A program made the translations under genes and the position numbers. Below the pieces are notes generated by a model, which was not told the origin of the DNA, did not search any database, and saw only the letters and a list, made by a program, of their open reading frames with translations. DNA of 64,000 bases from Patescibacteria group bacterium (GTDB lineage Bacteria; Patescibacteriota; Patescibacteriia; Patescibacteriales; WJLG01): the NCBI GenBank assembly GCA_028707065.1, contig JAQTUZ010000004.1, positions 6,656 through 70,655 of the forward strand, written 5' to 3'. This document shows, one piece after another, positions 35,663 through 44,496 of the stretch (positions are counted from its first letter, which is position 1; each line of letters starts with the position of its first letter).

Positions 35663-37678
35663 ATGTTCCGCTTTATTCATCCAGTAATCGTTTGGCTCTG
35701 GTTGTTGTTAATGGTAAATGTCTCTTTCGGACAGGCGGCCTGGGTTACTTTAAGCCCTTCGCCCACCGCGGCTAATTTATCTGATGTTGTCTGGGGCGAT
35801 TCGCAGTTCGTGGCCGTGGGAAGCGATGGAACAGTACTTACTTCATCCGATGGCGCAAAGTGGTCGGTTCGTTTGGCAAAGACTTCGGGTCTTTTGAACA
35901 AAGTCATCTGGACGGGGAAACAGTATGTGGCGGTCGGTTCGGCCGGCGTGATCGTGACGTCGGAGAACGGAATCAATTGGACGGCGCGAGTTTCCAATTC
36001 AGCCCGAGATCTCCTCTCTGTTGCCTGGACCGGCAGCAAGCTGGTGGTCGTGGGGTCATTAGGAACAGTGCTTACTTCGCCCGATGGTATTGCCTGGACC
36101 GCGCAGCCTTTGGCCTGCAATCAATGCTATTTGCGCAGCGTCGTTTGGACCGGCGCGCAACTGGTAGCAGGCGGTTATTCGACGACTGGTACGGGCAGTT
36201 CGCTAATTCTGACTTCGCCGGACGGGACAGCCTGGACCGCGCATTCAGCCGGCGCGATCACGATCATTAATGATCTTGCTTGGACCGGCAGCAGACTGGT
36301 GGCGGTAGGATATTTTGGGCTGACGACATCGCCGGATGCGATTGTTTGGACCCTTAATTCGAGTGTGACTTACGGGTTAAACAAAGTTGTCTGGACCGGC
36401 AGCCAGTTGGTAGCCGTGGGAATAAGAAGCCAGTATCAAAATAGTATTTTTACTTCGCCGGATGGATTGGCCTGGACTTACCGCCCCACCGATAATATGG
36501 AAAGCCTGTTCGGCGTAGCGAGTAACGGCAAAACGCTGGTAGCAGTCGGAATAGTCGGAACGATCCTTAGTTCCGGCGATGGCATCAGTTGGGTCGCCCG
36601 ATCAACGGGCATTGCCCGCGATTTGGCCGACGTGGCCTGGAGCGGGCACCTGCTGGCGGCGGTAGGCCGGGACAATATGATCGCGACTTCGGTTAACGGT
36701 ACTGTTTGGACGCCGCGCTCTTGCGGATTTATGCAGAGTTTTCACTCGATCATCTGGGCCGACACCCAATTCGTGGCTTCCAGCGATAATTATACGGTAA
36801 CGTCGGCTGACGGCGTGAATTGGCGGCTCCGAACCAGGGATGGAAACGGATTTTCGGCCATGGTTTACGCGAACAAACGAATCATCGGAGCGGGGATCAA
36901 AGGCATAATCAAGACCTCGCCGGATGGCCAAGTTTGGACGCCTTGCACTTCGAACGTGACCGTGGATTTGCGCGGGATAGTTTCCAATGGTCAGCGGCTG
37001 GTGGTTGTCGGCGACAGCGGGGTTGTTTTGACTTCGACTGACGGCAATGTTTGGCAAAAACAAATCCCCGATTCGTTGATCGATCTCTGGACCGTTGCCT
37101 GGGGCGGAGGAAAATTCATTGCCGCCGGCGCCAGTGACACGGTTTTGGTATCGCCAGACGGCGCGGTTTGGTCGGCGCATGCTACCGGTATGGGCGGTTT
37201 CTATGAAATCGTTTGGACCGGCCGGCAATTTGTCGCGCAAAATAACGGCGAAATCTTTTCTTCGTCCGACGGGGTAAATTGGTCAAAACGCACTTCGGGC
37301 ATCAGGGGGAGCGCGCTAGTCTGGCAAGCCAACACGCTGGTGCTGGTCGGGGCAAGCGGCGAGATCAAAATTTCTCCCGAAGACATTGTGGCCGTGGAAG
37401 ATTCCCGGCCGGTTCTTTCGGCAAGATCGACTCGCGCGTTGTCGGTCAGCTTGTCTGATCGCCAATTGTTCATTTCTTACGTTGTGGAACGGCCAGCCGC
37501 GCTGTCGATCGGTTTGGTTGATTTGAGCGGCCGCAGGATTTTTTCCGCGGTAGATAAATCCAACCAGGCCGGGACGCGGTCGATCCGAGTGCCCTTACAC
37601 AATCTGGCTGCCGGCGCCTATTATCTAATTCTCAAGTCCGAATCGGCTCGAGAGTGCCGGATGGTAGTCATAGAGTAA
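35663..37678 (+). CDS. secreted multi-bladed propeller-repeat protein (BNR/Ycf48-like repeats) with a C-terminal T9SS-type/FlgD-Ig-like beta-sandwich
   Basis: SD GGAGG and ATG at 35663. Signal peptide MFRFIHPVIVWLWLLLMVNVSFGQA. About 15 repeats of the pattern W…V(A/V)W(T/G)G…(F/L)V(A/V)VG..G.(I/V)LTS.DG..W. The tail is …AGAYYLILKSESARECRMVVIE. Confidence 0.7.
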   Translation: MFRFIHPVIVWLWLLLMVNVSFGQAAWVTLSPSPTAANLSDVVWGDSQFVAVGSDGTVLTSSDGAKWSVRLAKTSGLLNKVIWTGKQYVAVGSAGVIVTSENGINWTARVSNSARDLLSVAWTGSKLVVVGSLGTVLTSPDGIAWTAQPLACNQCYLRSVVWTGAQLVAGGYSTTGTGSSLILTSPDGTAWTAHSAGAITIINDLAWTGSRLVAVGYFGLTTSPDAIVWTLNSSVTYGLNKVVWTGSQLVAVGIRSQYQNSIFTSPDGLAWTYRPTDNMESLFGVASNGKTLVAVGIVGTILSSGDGISWVARSTGIARDLADVAWSGHLLAAVGRDNMIATSVNGTVWTPRSCGFMQSFHSIIWADTQFVASSDNYTVTSADGVNWRLRTRDGNGFSAMVYANKRIIGAGIKGIIKTSPDGQVWTPCTSNVTVDLRGIVSNGQRLVVVGDSGVVLTSTDGNVWQKQIPDSLIDLWTVAWGGGKFIAAGASDTVLVSPDGAVWSAHATGMGGFYEIVWTGRQFVAQNNGEIFSSSDGVNWSKRTSGIRGSALVWQANTLVLVGASGEIKISPEDIVAVEDSRPVLSARSTRALSVSLSDRQLFISYVVERPAALSIGLVDLSGRRIFSAVDKSNQAGTRSIRVPLHNLAAGAYYLILKSESARECRMVVIE

Positions 37679-37702
37679 AGTCCAACCGTTCTTTGACTTG
37701 AT

Positions 37703-37730
37703 AAAGCCTGGAAAATCTTCCAGGCTTTTT
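37703..37730 (+). terminator. intrinsic terminator
   Basis: AAAGCCTGGAA-AATC-TTCCAGGCTTT followed by TT. Confidence 0.85.
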
Positions 37731-37873
37731 ATATCCTTGACTTTTCAGTGTTTCTAAGTTAGTATGATAAAAGCTAATAAAAATCGTTCAAAAGTCAATT
37801 TTTATCGGCTTATTTAGTTAAATAATTTATTAATTAGTCAGACTATATTGTTTGTCTATTTATTTTTTTAAAA

Positions 37874-38323
37874 ATGTTAGTTATTAGATTAGCCAGGATC
37901 GGCACCAAAAATAAGCCGAATTATCGAATTATCATCACTGAAAAAGGCCGGGACAATTACGGCAATGTTTTAGAAAATTTGGGCACTTATAACACTTCGA
38001 CCAAAGCTTTGAAATTGGAAGAAGCCAAAGTTAAGGCTTGGATCTCCAAAGGCGCGCAATTATCCGCGACTTTGAATAATCTCTTTATTGATAAAGGAAT
38101 TATTAAGGGTGAAAAAATGAAATCCCGCCGGATGAATACGGAAAAATTAGTGAAAGCGCGCGCTGACAAGGATGTCGCAGCTAAAAAGAAAATTGAAGAC
38201 GATAAAGCTGCCGCCGAGGCTGCCAAGGCTGCTGAAATTGCCGCCAAGGAAGCTGAAGCCGCTGCTAAGGCCGAAGCCGCTGCCGCTCCGGTTGTTGAAA
38301 ATCCAGTTGCCGAAGTAAAGTAA
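37874..38323 (+). CDS. rpsP: 30S ribosomal protein S16 with an Ala/Lys/Glu-rich C-terminal extension
   Basis: MLVIRLARIGTKNKPNYRIIITEK… is the canonical S16 N-terminus. Confidence 0.9.
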   Translation: MLVIRLARIGTKNKPNYRIIITEKGRDNYGNVLENLGTYNTSTKALKLEEAKVKAWISKGAQLSATLNNLFIDKGIIKGEKMKSRRMNTEKLVKARADKDVAAKKKIEDDKAAAEAAKAAEIAAKEAEAAAKAEAAAAPVVENPVAEVK

Positions 38324-38412
38324 TCCGAAGTTAATAAAATAACGATATTTTTTATGTCAAATCCTACTGATGAAAATGGTTAAGATAGTTAGGCTAATAT
38401 TAGCTTTTACTA

Positions 38413-38440
38413 TTGACAAATTTAGCCAGTGTGCTATAAT
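38413..38440 (+). promoter_or_regulatory. consensus sigma-70 promoter (TTGACA-N16-TGcTATAAT)
   Basis: Read directly. It lies ~105 nt upstream of the KH-domain gene. Confidence 0.7.
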
Positions 38441-38544
38441 TTATTCAGAATGTAATTAGTCCTGTCGAATGACGGGGTTAATATAAAATTAATGAAATCT
38501 TGCGAATAAGGTTTAAGCTTTATTCGGTGAGAAGAAACACTACT

Positions 38545-38871
38545 ATGGCAGACCAAGACAAGGCGTTCTTAGAAATGATTGTCAAGTCCATCGTGGGCAA
38601 GCCAGACGCTGTCCAAGTTGACCGCACAGTCGACGAAATGGGAGTCCTCTTAACTCTCAAGGTTGATCCGACCGACATGGGTTATGTCATCGGCCGCAAG
38701 GGCCAGACCGCTCAAGCGATCAGAACTCTCTTGAAGATTGTTGGCGCGAAGAACAACGCCAGAGTCAACTTGAAGATCTTTGATCCGGAAGGCGGCAACC
38801 GCCCGCGCCGGATGGAATCTTCTTCCTCTTCCGAGGTTGATACCTCCGCTGTCGATGATTTGAAGATCTAA
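38545..38871 (+). CDS. KH-domain RNA-binding protein (YlqC/UPF0109-like)
   Basis: …MGVLLTLKVDPTDMGYVIGRKGQTAQAIRTLLK… contains the GxxG KH motif. Its position after rpsP is conserved. Confidence 0.85.
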   Translation: MADQDKAFLEMIVKSIVGKPDAVQVDRTVDEMGVLLTLKVDPTDMGYVIGRKGQTAQAIRTLLKIVGAKNNARVNLKIFDPEGGNRPRRMESSSSSEVDTSAVDDLKI

Positions 38872-38882
38872 ACCAAAAAACA

Positions 38883-38930
38883 CTTCAAATAATTGCAAAA
38901 CCGCTCCAGACTGGGGCGGTTTTGTTTTAT
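38883..38930 (+). terminator. intrinsic terminator; left copy of a ~48-bp direct repeat
   Basis: CTTCAAATAATTGCAAAACCGCTCC-AGACT-GGGGCGGTTTTGTTTT. The same sequence, with compensatory stem changes, occurs at 42107-42156. Confidence 0.85.
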
Positions 38931-39054
38931 GCAAGCGCTCAGTTTTTTTGTGGTACAAGGTAATAGATGTTATAATATTAGTACATTTTTCAGTTAAGCG
39001 CATAATGCGCGCCAGATGGGCAAATTAATTACGTAATGTTTGACATTCTTCAGG

Positions 39055-42000
39055 ATGTTAAAAAATAAAATACGCCACAATTTTTTATTTAAAAGTTTAG
39101 CGCTGAAATTATTTTTTTTGGCAGCCGTTTTTTTATTGCTGGTATCGAATGCTCAAGCAGATGATCCGCCAACCGAAATCTACCAAGTTTATGCGACGCC
39201 GGCATCCGCTACATCCGCTCTAATTACTTGGAACCTTCAGAACGATAACACAGGTGTCGATCACTATGAAATTAGCCGGGGATTGTGCGGTAATGACAGC
39301 TTGACTTTACTTGAAACCGTAGGGAGTACCACGACCTCTTATGTTGATTCGGATAGAGCTAATACCGTTTGTTACATTTATGGCGTCGTTGTTGTTGATG
39401 AGCTGGCGCATTCTGGTTCTATTTGGCACCGAGCCAGCCTGACTATGCCAGCCGGACCAAGTTTAAAGAAACCGATTTACGTTGATCAGACGTGGGGCGG
39501 AACCGATGGCCAGCCGTATACCGGCACTCCCGGAGTGGGCGTGGGTTATCACACGCTACAAGCCGCGGTTGATAACATAATCCCCGGCGATACGATTTAT
39601 TTGCGCGGCGGAGTGCATCAGGAATTAACAAACCTTCCTAGTAATCGGAACGGGTCATCTTGGAATGACGGCGAATTTAATACCATCACCTCCTATCCCG
39701 GGGAGTGGGCGATATTAGACGGCGGGAATAATGTTAACGCCAACTATAAATATGTTATTGGAGTTAATTTTGGCACCGGTTATCTGGCCTATTGGAAAAT
39801 TGAGCGGCTGGAAGTTCGTAATGGCTCAACTGCCGACGGCACCGGCGCGCACGGTCTTTCTTTAACTGGAATATTCAGCGTTCGTTATTGCTACATTCAT
39901 GACAATGTGGCGACTTCATACGATAATTACGCCGGGCTTTATGGAGCTCATTGGACTGACGCTATTGTTGAATATAATGTTTTTAAGAATAATGGCTGCC
40001 CTACTCAGGGGAATAGTACCCATATGGGGCAATATACCGATTATAACGCTACCAATATTTCCAATAATGGTTTTGTCGACCTGGGAATAGCAAGGCACGA
40101 TACGCGGAACGAAATTCGCTACAATCTATTTTTAGGAGGCAGTAATCATGGCTATAAGGAAAAAATGGATCAATATTTTTCATCGCGCTCTGTTTGGCAG
40201 GATGCCGATTTCAAGACCTATGGTAATAATATCCATCACAATGTTTTTCTGAATTTGGACGGTAGTGCTATTGTGGCGGATCAGGATTACACCCAAATAC
40301 ATAACAATATTATTGCCAATAGCGGCGGCGGCATCGTTCTCGGTGATGATCCGTTGCGCAAGCCCGTGGTATACAATAATACCATTGTAAATACTGCGGG
40401 TGATGCGATGACCTTCCTCAACAGCCCGGGAAGTTCCCATCTGCCTCTCCTAAATCCTTATTATGGCTATGCCTTCAATAATATTGCGGACGGTGATGAA
40501 GTTTCTGGGGCGAATTGGACTTCGGAAGAGTATACGGTCTGGGCCACCACAACAAACCCAAGCAAAATGTATTTTAAAAATAATTATTCCTACCGGCCAG
40601 TTTCCAACGGTAATGATCCGGCAGGTACCTATATGTTTTGGGCGGGTCCCTATAATGTTTGTCCCGGAGTCGCTTGTCGCTATACCATTGCTCGCTATAA
40701 ATCCGAGATCGATCCTTCTGCTACCAATTGGATGAACGCTTACGATGCCGGCAATCTTCTCTATCGGGGTGTGGCTGGCACGGACTTGTATCGGACAGTG
40801 GGAACACATAGTTTGGGTGATGGTTTAACTATTGCTAATGGCGGAATCGGCGGTACGCACCCATATCTGGACGGCGTTGGCGTAGACGGCCGCGGAGTGG
40901 CCGTACCGTTGGTTACTATTCCGTCATACGTTGGCGCCACCAATCCCAACGATGACGCTTGGGTCGCGGGAGTCCTTGGTCTGGAAGCAACCTCCACTTT
41001 AATGGCCGCTTCTTCCAACGATCCGGGTTGGATTGAAGGTGCTGGGCCTGATATCACCGCTCCGTCCATTCCAACCGGTTTAACCGCGACCGCGATTTCT
41101 TCTTCGCGAATCAATTTATTTTGGACTGCATCCGCTGACGCTGTCGGCGTTTCCGGCTACCGCGTCTATCGCAATAGCATCCAGATCGCCACTTCCACCG
41201 GTACCAGTTATTCCAGCACCGGACTCTCCGCCTCCACTCAATATTCCTATACCGTTTCCGCCTTTGACGCGGCGCGCAATTTCAGCGCGCAAAGTTCCGC
41301 GGTTTCCGCCACCACCCAAGCCGCTCCCGTAGTCGCGCCGCCGTCAGGCGGGGGCTCTTCCGGCGGAGGAAGTTCCGGCGGCAGCGTTACTCCGGTCGTT
41401 CCGCCTGTCGTTTCTCCGGTAGCCACTTCCACCGGCCAAACCCCGGAGCCGGAAACCACTCCGCCCGCGGCCGCCAATCAAGAAAATCAAACCTCTGTTT
41501 CCGCTCCGGCCACATTGTCCGGCGCCTCCTCGGCCACGGTCAATCAAGTCACGGCCGCCGAAGCCGCGATTATCAGTTCCCGAACCACCTATGTTAATTT
41601 TTCCACCGGTTCCAAAATCTCCTACGACAAACTGATGGCGCAAATATCCGTCCCGGTAACTAACGAACAAAAAGCAATTGTCGCTAATTTCATCCAATCC
41701 GGCACTCCGACCACGCTAGTCTTGGGGGCGGGCGAGCGGGCCGGTTCGATCAATTCCTTCCGCTCCGCCTTTACCCGTTTGCCGGCTTCAACTCTGGACT
41801 GGCAGGACGTGATCAAGATCGGCAACGGCCGCTGGACAACGCAAAGAAGCGCCACGGCCGAAGCCAAAGCGAAAATCAGTTTCAAAAAAATCTATCTCCG
41901 CGAGCCGAATATGGCCAATGCCAAAGACAATGCCGCCGTTACGGTCATGGCCTACGGCCTGCGGCCGGCGCAAAGAAATATGAATAGCGAAAAAGCCGCG

Positions 42001-42096
42001 ATCAATTCCTTCAAATATATTTTCCACAAAATTCCGGTGTCGGCGGCGGACTGGGATATAGTCCGAGCAATTGCATATAGCGGCGCCAAAAGATAA
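39055..42096 (+). CDS. secreted right-handed beta-helix protein with Fn3 domains and a Gly/Ser/Pro linker
   Basis: Signal peptide. Fn3-like segments: ATSALITWNLQ…YEISRG and LTATAISSSRINLFWTASADAVGVSGYRVYRN…YSYTVSAFD. Parallel beta-helix-like repeats: NN(I/V)…N… (HHNVFLN, IHNNIIANSGGGIVLG, YNNTIVN). Confidence 0.7.
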   Translation: MLKNKIRHNFLFKSLALKLFFLAAVFLLLVSNAQADDPPTEIYQVYATPASATSALITWNLQNDNTGVDHYEISRGLCGNDSLTLLETVGSTTTSYVDSDRANTVCYIYGVVVVDELAHSGSIWHRASLTMPAGPSLKKPIYVDQTWGGTDGQPYTGTPGVGVGYHTLQAAVDNIIPGDTIYLRGGVHQELTNLPSNRNGSSWNDGEFNTITSYPGEWAILDGGNNVNANYKYVIGVNFGTGYLAYWKIERLEVRNGSTADGTGAHGLSLTGIFSVRYCYIHDNVATSYDNYAGLYGAHWTDAIVEYNVFKNNGCPTQGNSTHMGQYTDYNATNISNNGFVDLGIARHDTRNEIRYNLFLGGSNHGYKEKMDQYFSSRSVWQDADFKTYGNNIHHNVFLNLDGSAIVADQDYTQIHNNIIANSGGGIVLGDDPLRKPVVYNNTIVNTAGDAMTFLNSPGSSHLPLLNPYYGYAFNNIADGDEVSGANWTSEEYTVWATTTNPSKMYFKNNYSYRPVSNGNDPAGTYMFWAGPYNVCPGVACRYTIARYKSEIDPSATNWMNAYDAGNLLYRGVAGTDLYRTVGTHSLGDGLTIANGGIGGTHPYLDGVGVDGRGVAVPLVTIPSYVGATNPNDDAWVAGVLGLEATSTLMAASSNDPGWIEGAGPDITAPSIPTGLTATAISSSRINLFWTASADAVGVSGYRVYRNSIQIATSTGTSYSSTGLSASTQYSYTVSAFDAARNFSAQSSAVSATTQAAPVVAPPSGGGSSGGGSSGGSVTPVVPPVVSPVATSTGQTPEPETTPPAAANQENQTSVSAPATLSGASSATVNQVTAAEAAIISSRTTYVNFSTGSKISYDKLMAQISVPVTNEQKAIVANFIQSGTPTTLVLGAGERAGSINSFRSAFTRLPASTLDWQDVIKIGNGRWTTQRSATAEAKAKISFKKIYLREPNMANAKDNAAVTVMAYGLRPAQRNMNSEKAAINSFKYIFHKIPVSAADWDIVRAIAYSGAKR

Positions 42097-42106
42097 ATTT
42101 AAGCAG

Positions 42107-42156
42107 CTTCAAATAATTGCAAAACCACTCTTTAAACGGGGGTGGTTTTGTTTTAA
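42107..42156 (+). terminator. intrinsic terminator; right copy of the ~48-bp direct repeat
   Basis: CTTCAAATAATTGCAAAACCACTC-TTTAAAC-GGGGGTGGTTTTGTTTT. Confidence 0.85.
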
Positions 42157-42390
42157 TGTATTATGTATAAAGTATAATGTATGAATAATTTTGTTTTTCA
42201 CATCATACATAATACATTATACTTTATACAAAAAGCTTGTTCCGAGGCGATGCTTTATTAATGTGGTTCTTGTTTTCCTGGCAGCTACCCATTTGCCCCG
42301 GTTTTGTGCTATAATATGAAAAGATAAATCTTTTCAATTAAATAAATCTTGTTTGGGCTCTACAAGGAGGACAAACAAGAGACATATTTT

Positions 42391-43404
42391 ATGTTCCTCT
42401 ATCGCGACATCTTAAAAAAATCTTTGGCCATCACCTGGACGCATAAGAATTTATGGTTCCTCGGCATTTTCGCCGGCCTGATCGGCGGCGTCAGCCAGTA
42501 CACCATGTCGATCAGCCAGTCTGCCGAAGATTGGACCTCGACCATTTTTTCCTCCTTGGCCATTTTTTTCGGACAGACGGCTAACGGAAACGCCTTTTCC
42601 AACTTGATCATGCTTTTCAAAGGCGCTCCGGTTTTCGCCACCATTTTCACCGCTTTTATTTTGATTGTTTTTGTCGTCACCTTATTTGTTATCTGGCTGG
42701 CGGTCGTTTCTCAAGCCGGCTTGGTCAATAATGGGGCGGCGATCATTAAAAGCAATAATAAAAAAGAAGGCCTGCCGATCCGGGACGGGCTGGATAAAGG
42801 GATTAAGAAGTTTTGGCCGGTATTCGGTTTTGATCTGATCGGCGCCGCCCTGACCTGTTTCTTCGCCGCTTTGGTCGGTTCGCCTTTGGTATTTTTGACC
42901 GCCGGGTCGGATGTGCGGGTTTTTCTGCTTTATGTCTTGCTCTTCATCGTCTTGATTCCGTTGTCCCTGATAATTTCTTTCATTGTTAAATACGCGGTTA
43001 ATTTTTCCATCATCAAAGAACGCAAATTCGTCGATTCTTTTATCGACGCTTGCCGCCTTTTCAGCAAGTACTGGCTGGTTTCCATTGAAATGGCCCTGAT
43101 CCTTTTTATGATCGACTTCCTTTTTGTTTTTGTTTTGGCCTTGGTGGTTCTGGTGCTGGCCATTCCTTATATTTTCGTGACGAGAATTTTGTCTTTGACT
43201 TTCTTGGCGGTGATCGGGGTGGATCCTATTTCCTCGATCGCGCTGACCGCCGGATTATTTCTCGCGCTGATTCTCGTTGTTTTGGGCAGCGCGGTCATTA
43301 CCGTCTTCAAGACCATGGCCTGGACCGACATCTTCATCAATCTGGTTGACAAAAAAGGCGGCCTGGCCAAATTGGAAAGAATGGCGGCGGGACTCAAGAA
43401 GTAA
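42391..43404 (+). CDS. polytopic membrane protein
   Basis: ~338 aa with at least 6 hydrophobic helices. No family recognised. Confidence 0.6.
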   Translation: MFLYRDILKKSLAITWTHKNLWFLGIFAGLIGGVSQYTMSISQSAEDWTSTIFSSLAIFFGQTANGNAFSNLIMLFKGAPVFATIFTAFILIVFVVTLFVIWLAVVSQAGLVNNGAAIIKSNNKKEGLPIRDGLDKGIKKFWPVFGFDLIGAALTCFFAALVGSPLVFLTAGSDVRVFLLYVLLFIVLIPLSLIISFIVKYAVNFSIIKERKFVDSFIDACRLFSKYWLVSIEMALILFMIDFLFVFVLALVVLVLAIPYIFVTRILSLTFLAVIGVDPISSIALTAGLFLALILVVLGSAVITVFKTMAWTDIFINLVDKKGGLAKLERMAAGLKK

Positions 43405-43433
43405 AAAGTTAAAAGTAAAAAGTAATAAAATAC

Positions 43434-43462
43434 AAAAGCAAGCTTCTTTGAAGCTTGTTTTT
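43434..43462 (+). terminator. intrinsic terminator
   Basis: CAAGCTTC-TTT-GAAGCTTG followed by TTTTT. Confidence 0.8.
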
Positions 43463-43587
43463 GCTATATATAAAATAAAGACACATTGACAGATTATAAA
43501 TTGTATGCTATTGTAACAGCATCTTAAATAGGTTGTACGTTCAAAATAGTTAAAACAAAACACAAACTTTTTAGAAGGGAGCTATCC

Positions 43588-44121
43588 ATGAAAAAGATAG
43601 CAGTTTTAATGGTTTTGACAGCGATGTTTTTTGCGGGATGCGGGAATAAAGTCGCCGGACCTGAGGTTCCGCAATATTCCGCCGTCGTCAATTACGACCT
43701 TTCTCTTACCGAGATGATCGCCGACGGGGAATACGACGGTACTGATAATATCGGTGCCGATAATTTTTCCATAGAAGGAAAAGGGCAGGTTAAGGTCGAT
43801 TTTATTCTCGTTCTCGCTAGCCACAGTATTCTAATGGATACGATACGAGAAACCATTCCAATGGACACCGTGCTCAAAGAGCTTGATTACCAAGGATTAC
43901 GGCCGGCAACGATTGCGGAGCTTCTATCTTTTGGAGCTAAATATCCCGATGAGCAGCGGAAGTATCCTATCGTTGCCCTTGGCTCGGTTGGCTTAGACCC
44001 TGACGGCGGCAGCGTGGTGGCGGTTCTTTGCAAAGTTTATGCCGGGGGGCGCGAGTTGAAATTGTATTACGTTGATGGGGGTTGGTTTGTTAACTACCGT
44101 TACCTAGCCGTGCGCAAGTAA
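43588..44121 (+). CDS. lipoprotein, function unknown
   Basis: Lipobox MKKIAVLMVLTAMFFAGC and SD GAAGGGAG. Confidence 0.6.
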   Translation: MKKIAVLMVLTAMFFAGCGNKVAGPEVPQYSAVVNYDLSLTEMIADGEYDGTDNIGADNFSIEGKGQVKVDFILVLASHSILMDTIRETIPMDTVLKELDYQGLRPATIAELLSFGAKYPDEQRKYPIVALGSVGLDPDGGSVVAVLCKVYAGGRELKLYYVDGGWFVNYRYLAVRK

Positions 44122-44168
44122 ACGCTTGGGCGATTGGATGCTTAATCCTTTTTGCCCTTTATCTCTTT

Positions 44169-44221
44169 GTCCGTTTCAATCACTGTGTTGCAAAACATGG
44201 TGGTCGAAACGGACTTTTTTA
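44169..44221 (+). terminator. intrinsic terminator (long loop)
   Basis: GTCCGTTTC-N28-GAAACGGAC followed by TTTTTT. Confidence 0.6.
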
Positions 44222-44222
44222 T

Positions 44223-44358
44223 TATCAAGCGAAGCGAGTGAAATAATTCCGCTACGGCGGAGATTATTTCCGAGCGAGCGATGATAAATACCTCGTCCGC
44301 TGGTGGCGAGGATACCTTTTAGAAAAGATGGGGCGAGTGCCTGCCCCGCGATTGAATA
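44223..44358 (+). repeat. copy 2 of the ~136-nt structured intergenic element
   Basis: TATCAAGCGAAGCGAGTGAAATAATTCCGC-TAC-GGCGGAGATTATTTCCGAGCGAGCGATGATAAATACCTCGTCC…GGCGAGGATACCTTTTAGAAAAGATGGGGC…GCCCCGCGATTGAATA. Confidence 0.85.
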
Positions 44359-44496
44359 CCATTTATTATTACAATTAAGAAATTGATTTAATTGGCAAAA
44401 AACAAGGGGTAAGATATAATATATAACAAAGAACAGGGAACAAAGAGCAATGCGTTAATAATTATTTTATACTCTTTGATTTATGTTCTTTGATCA

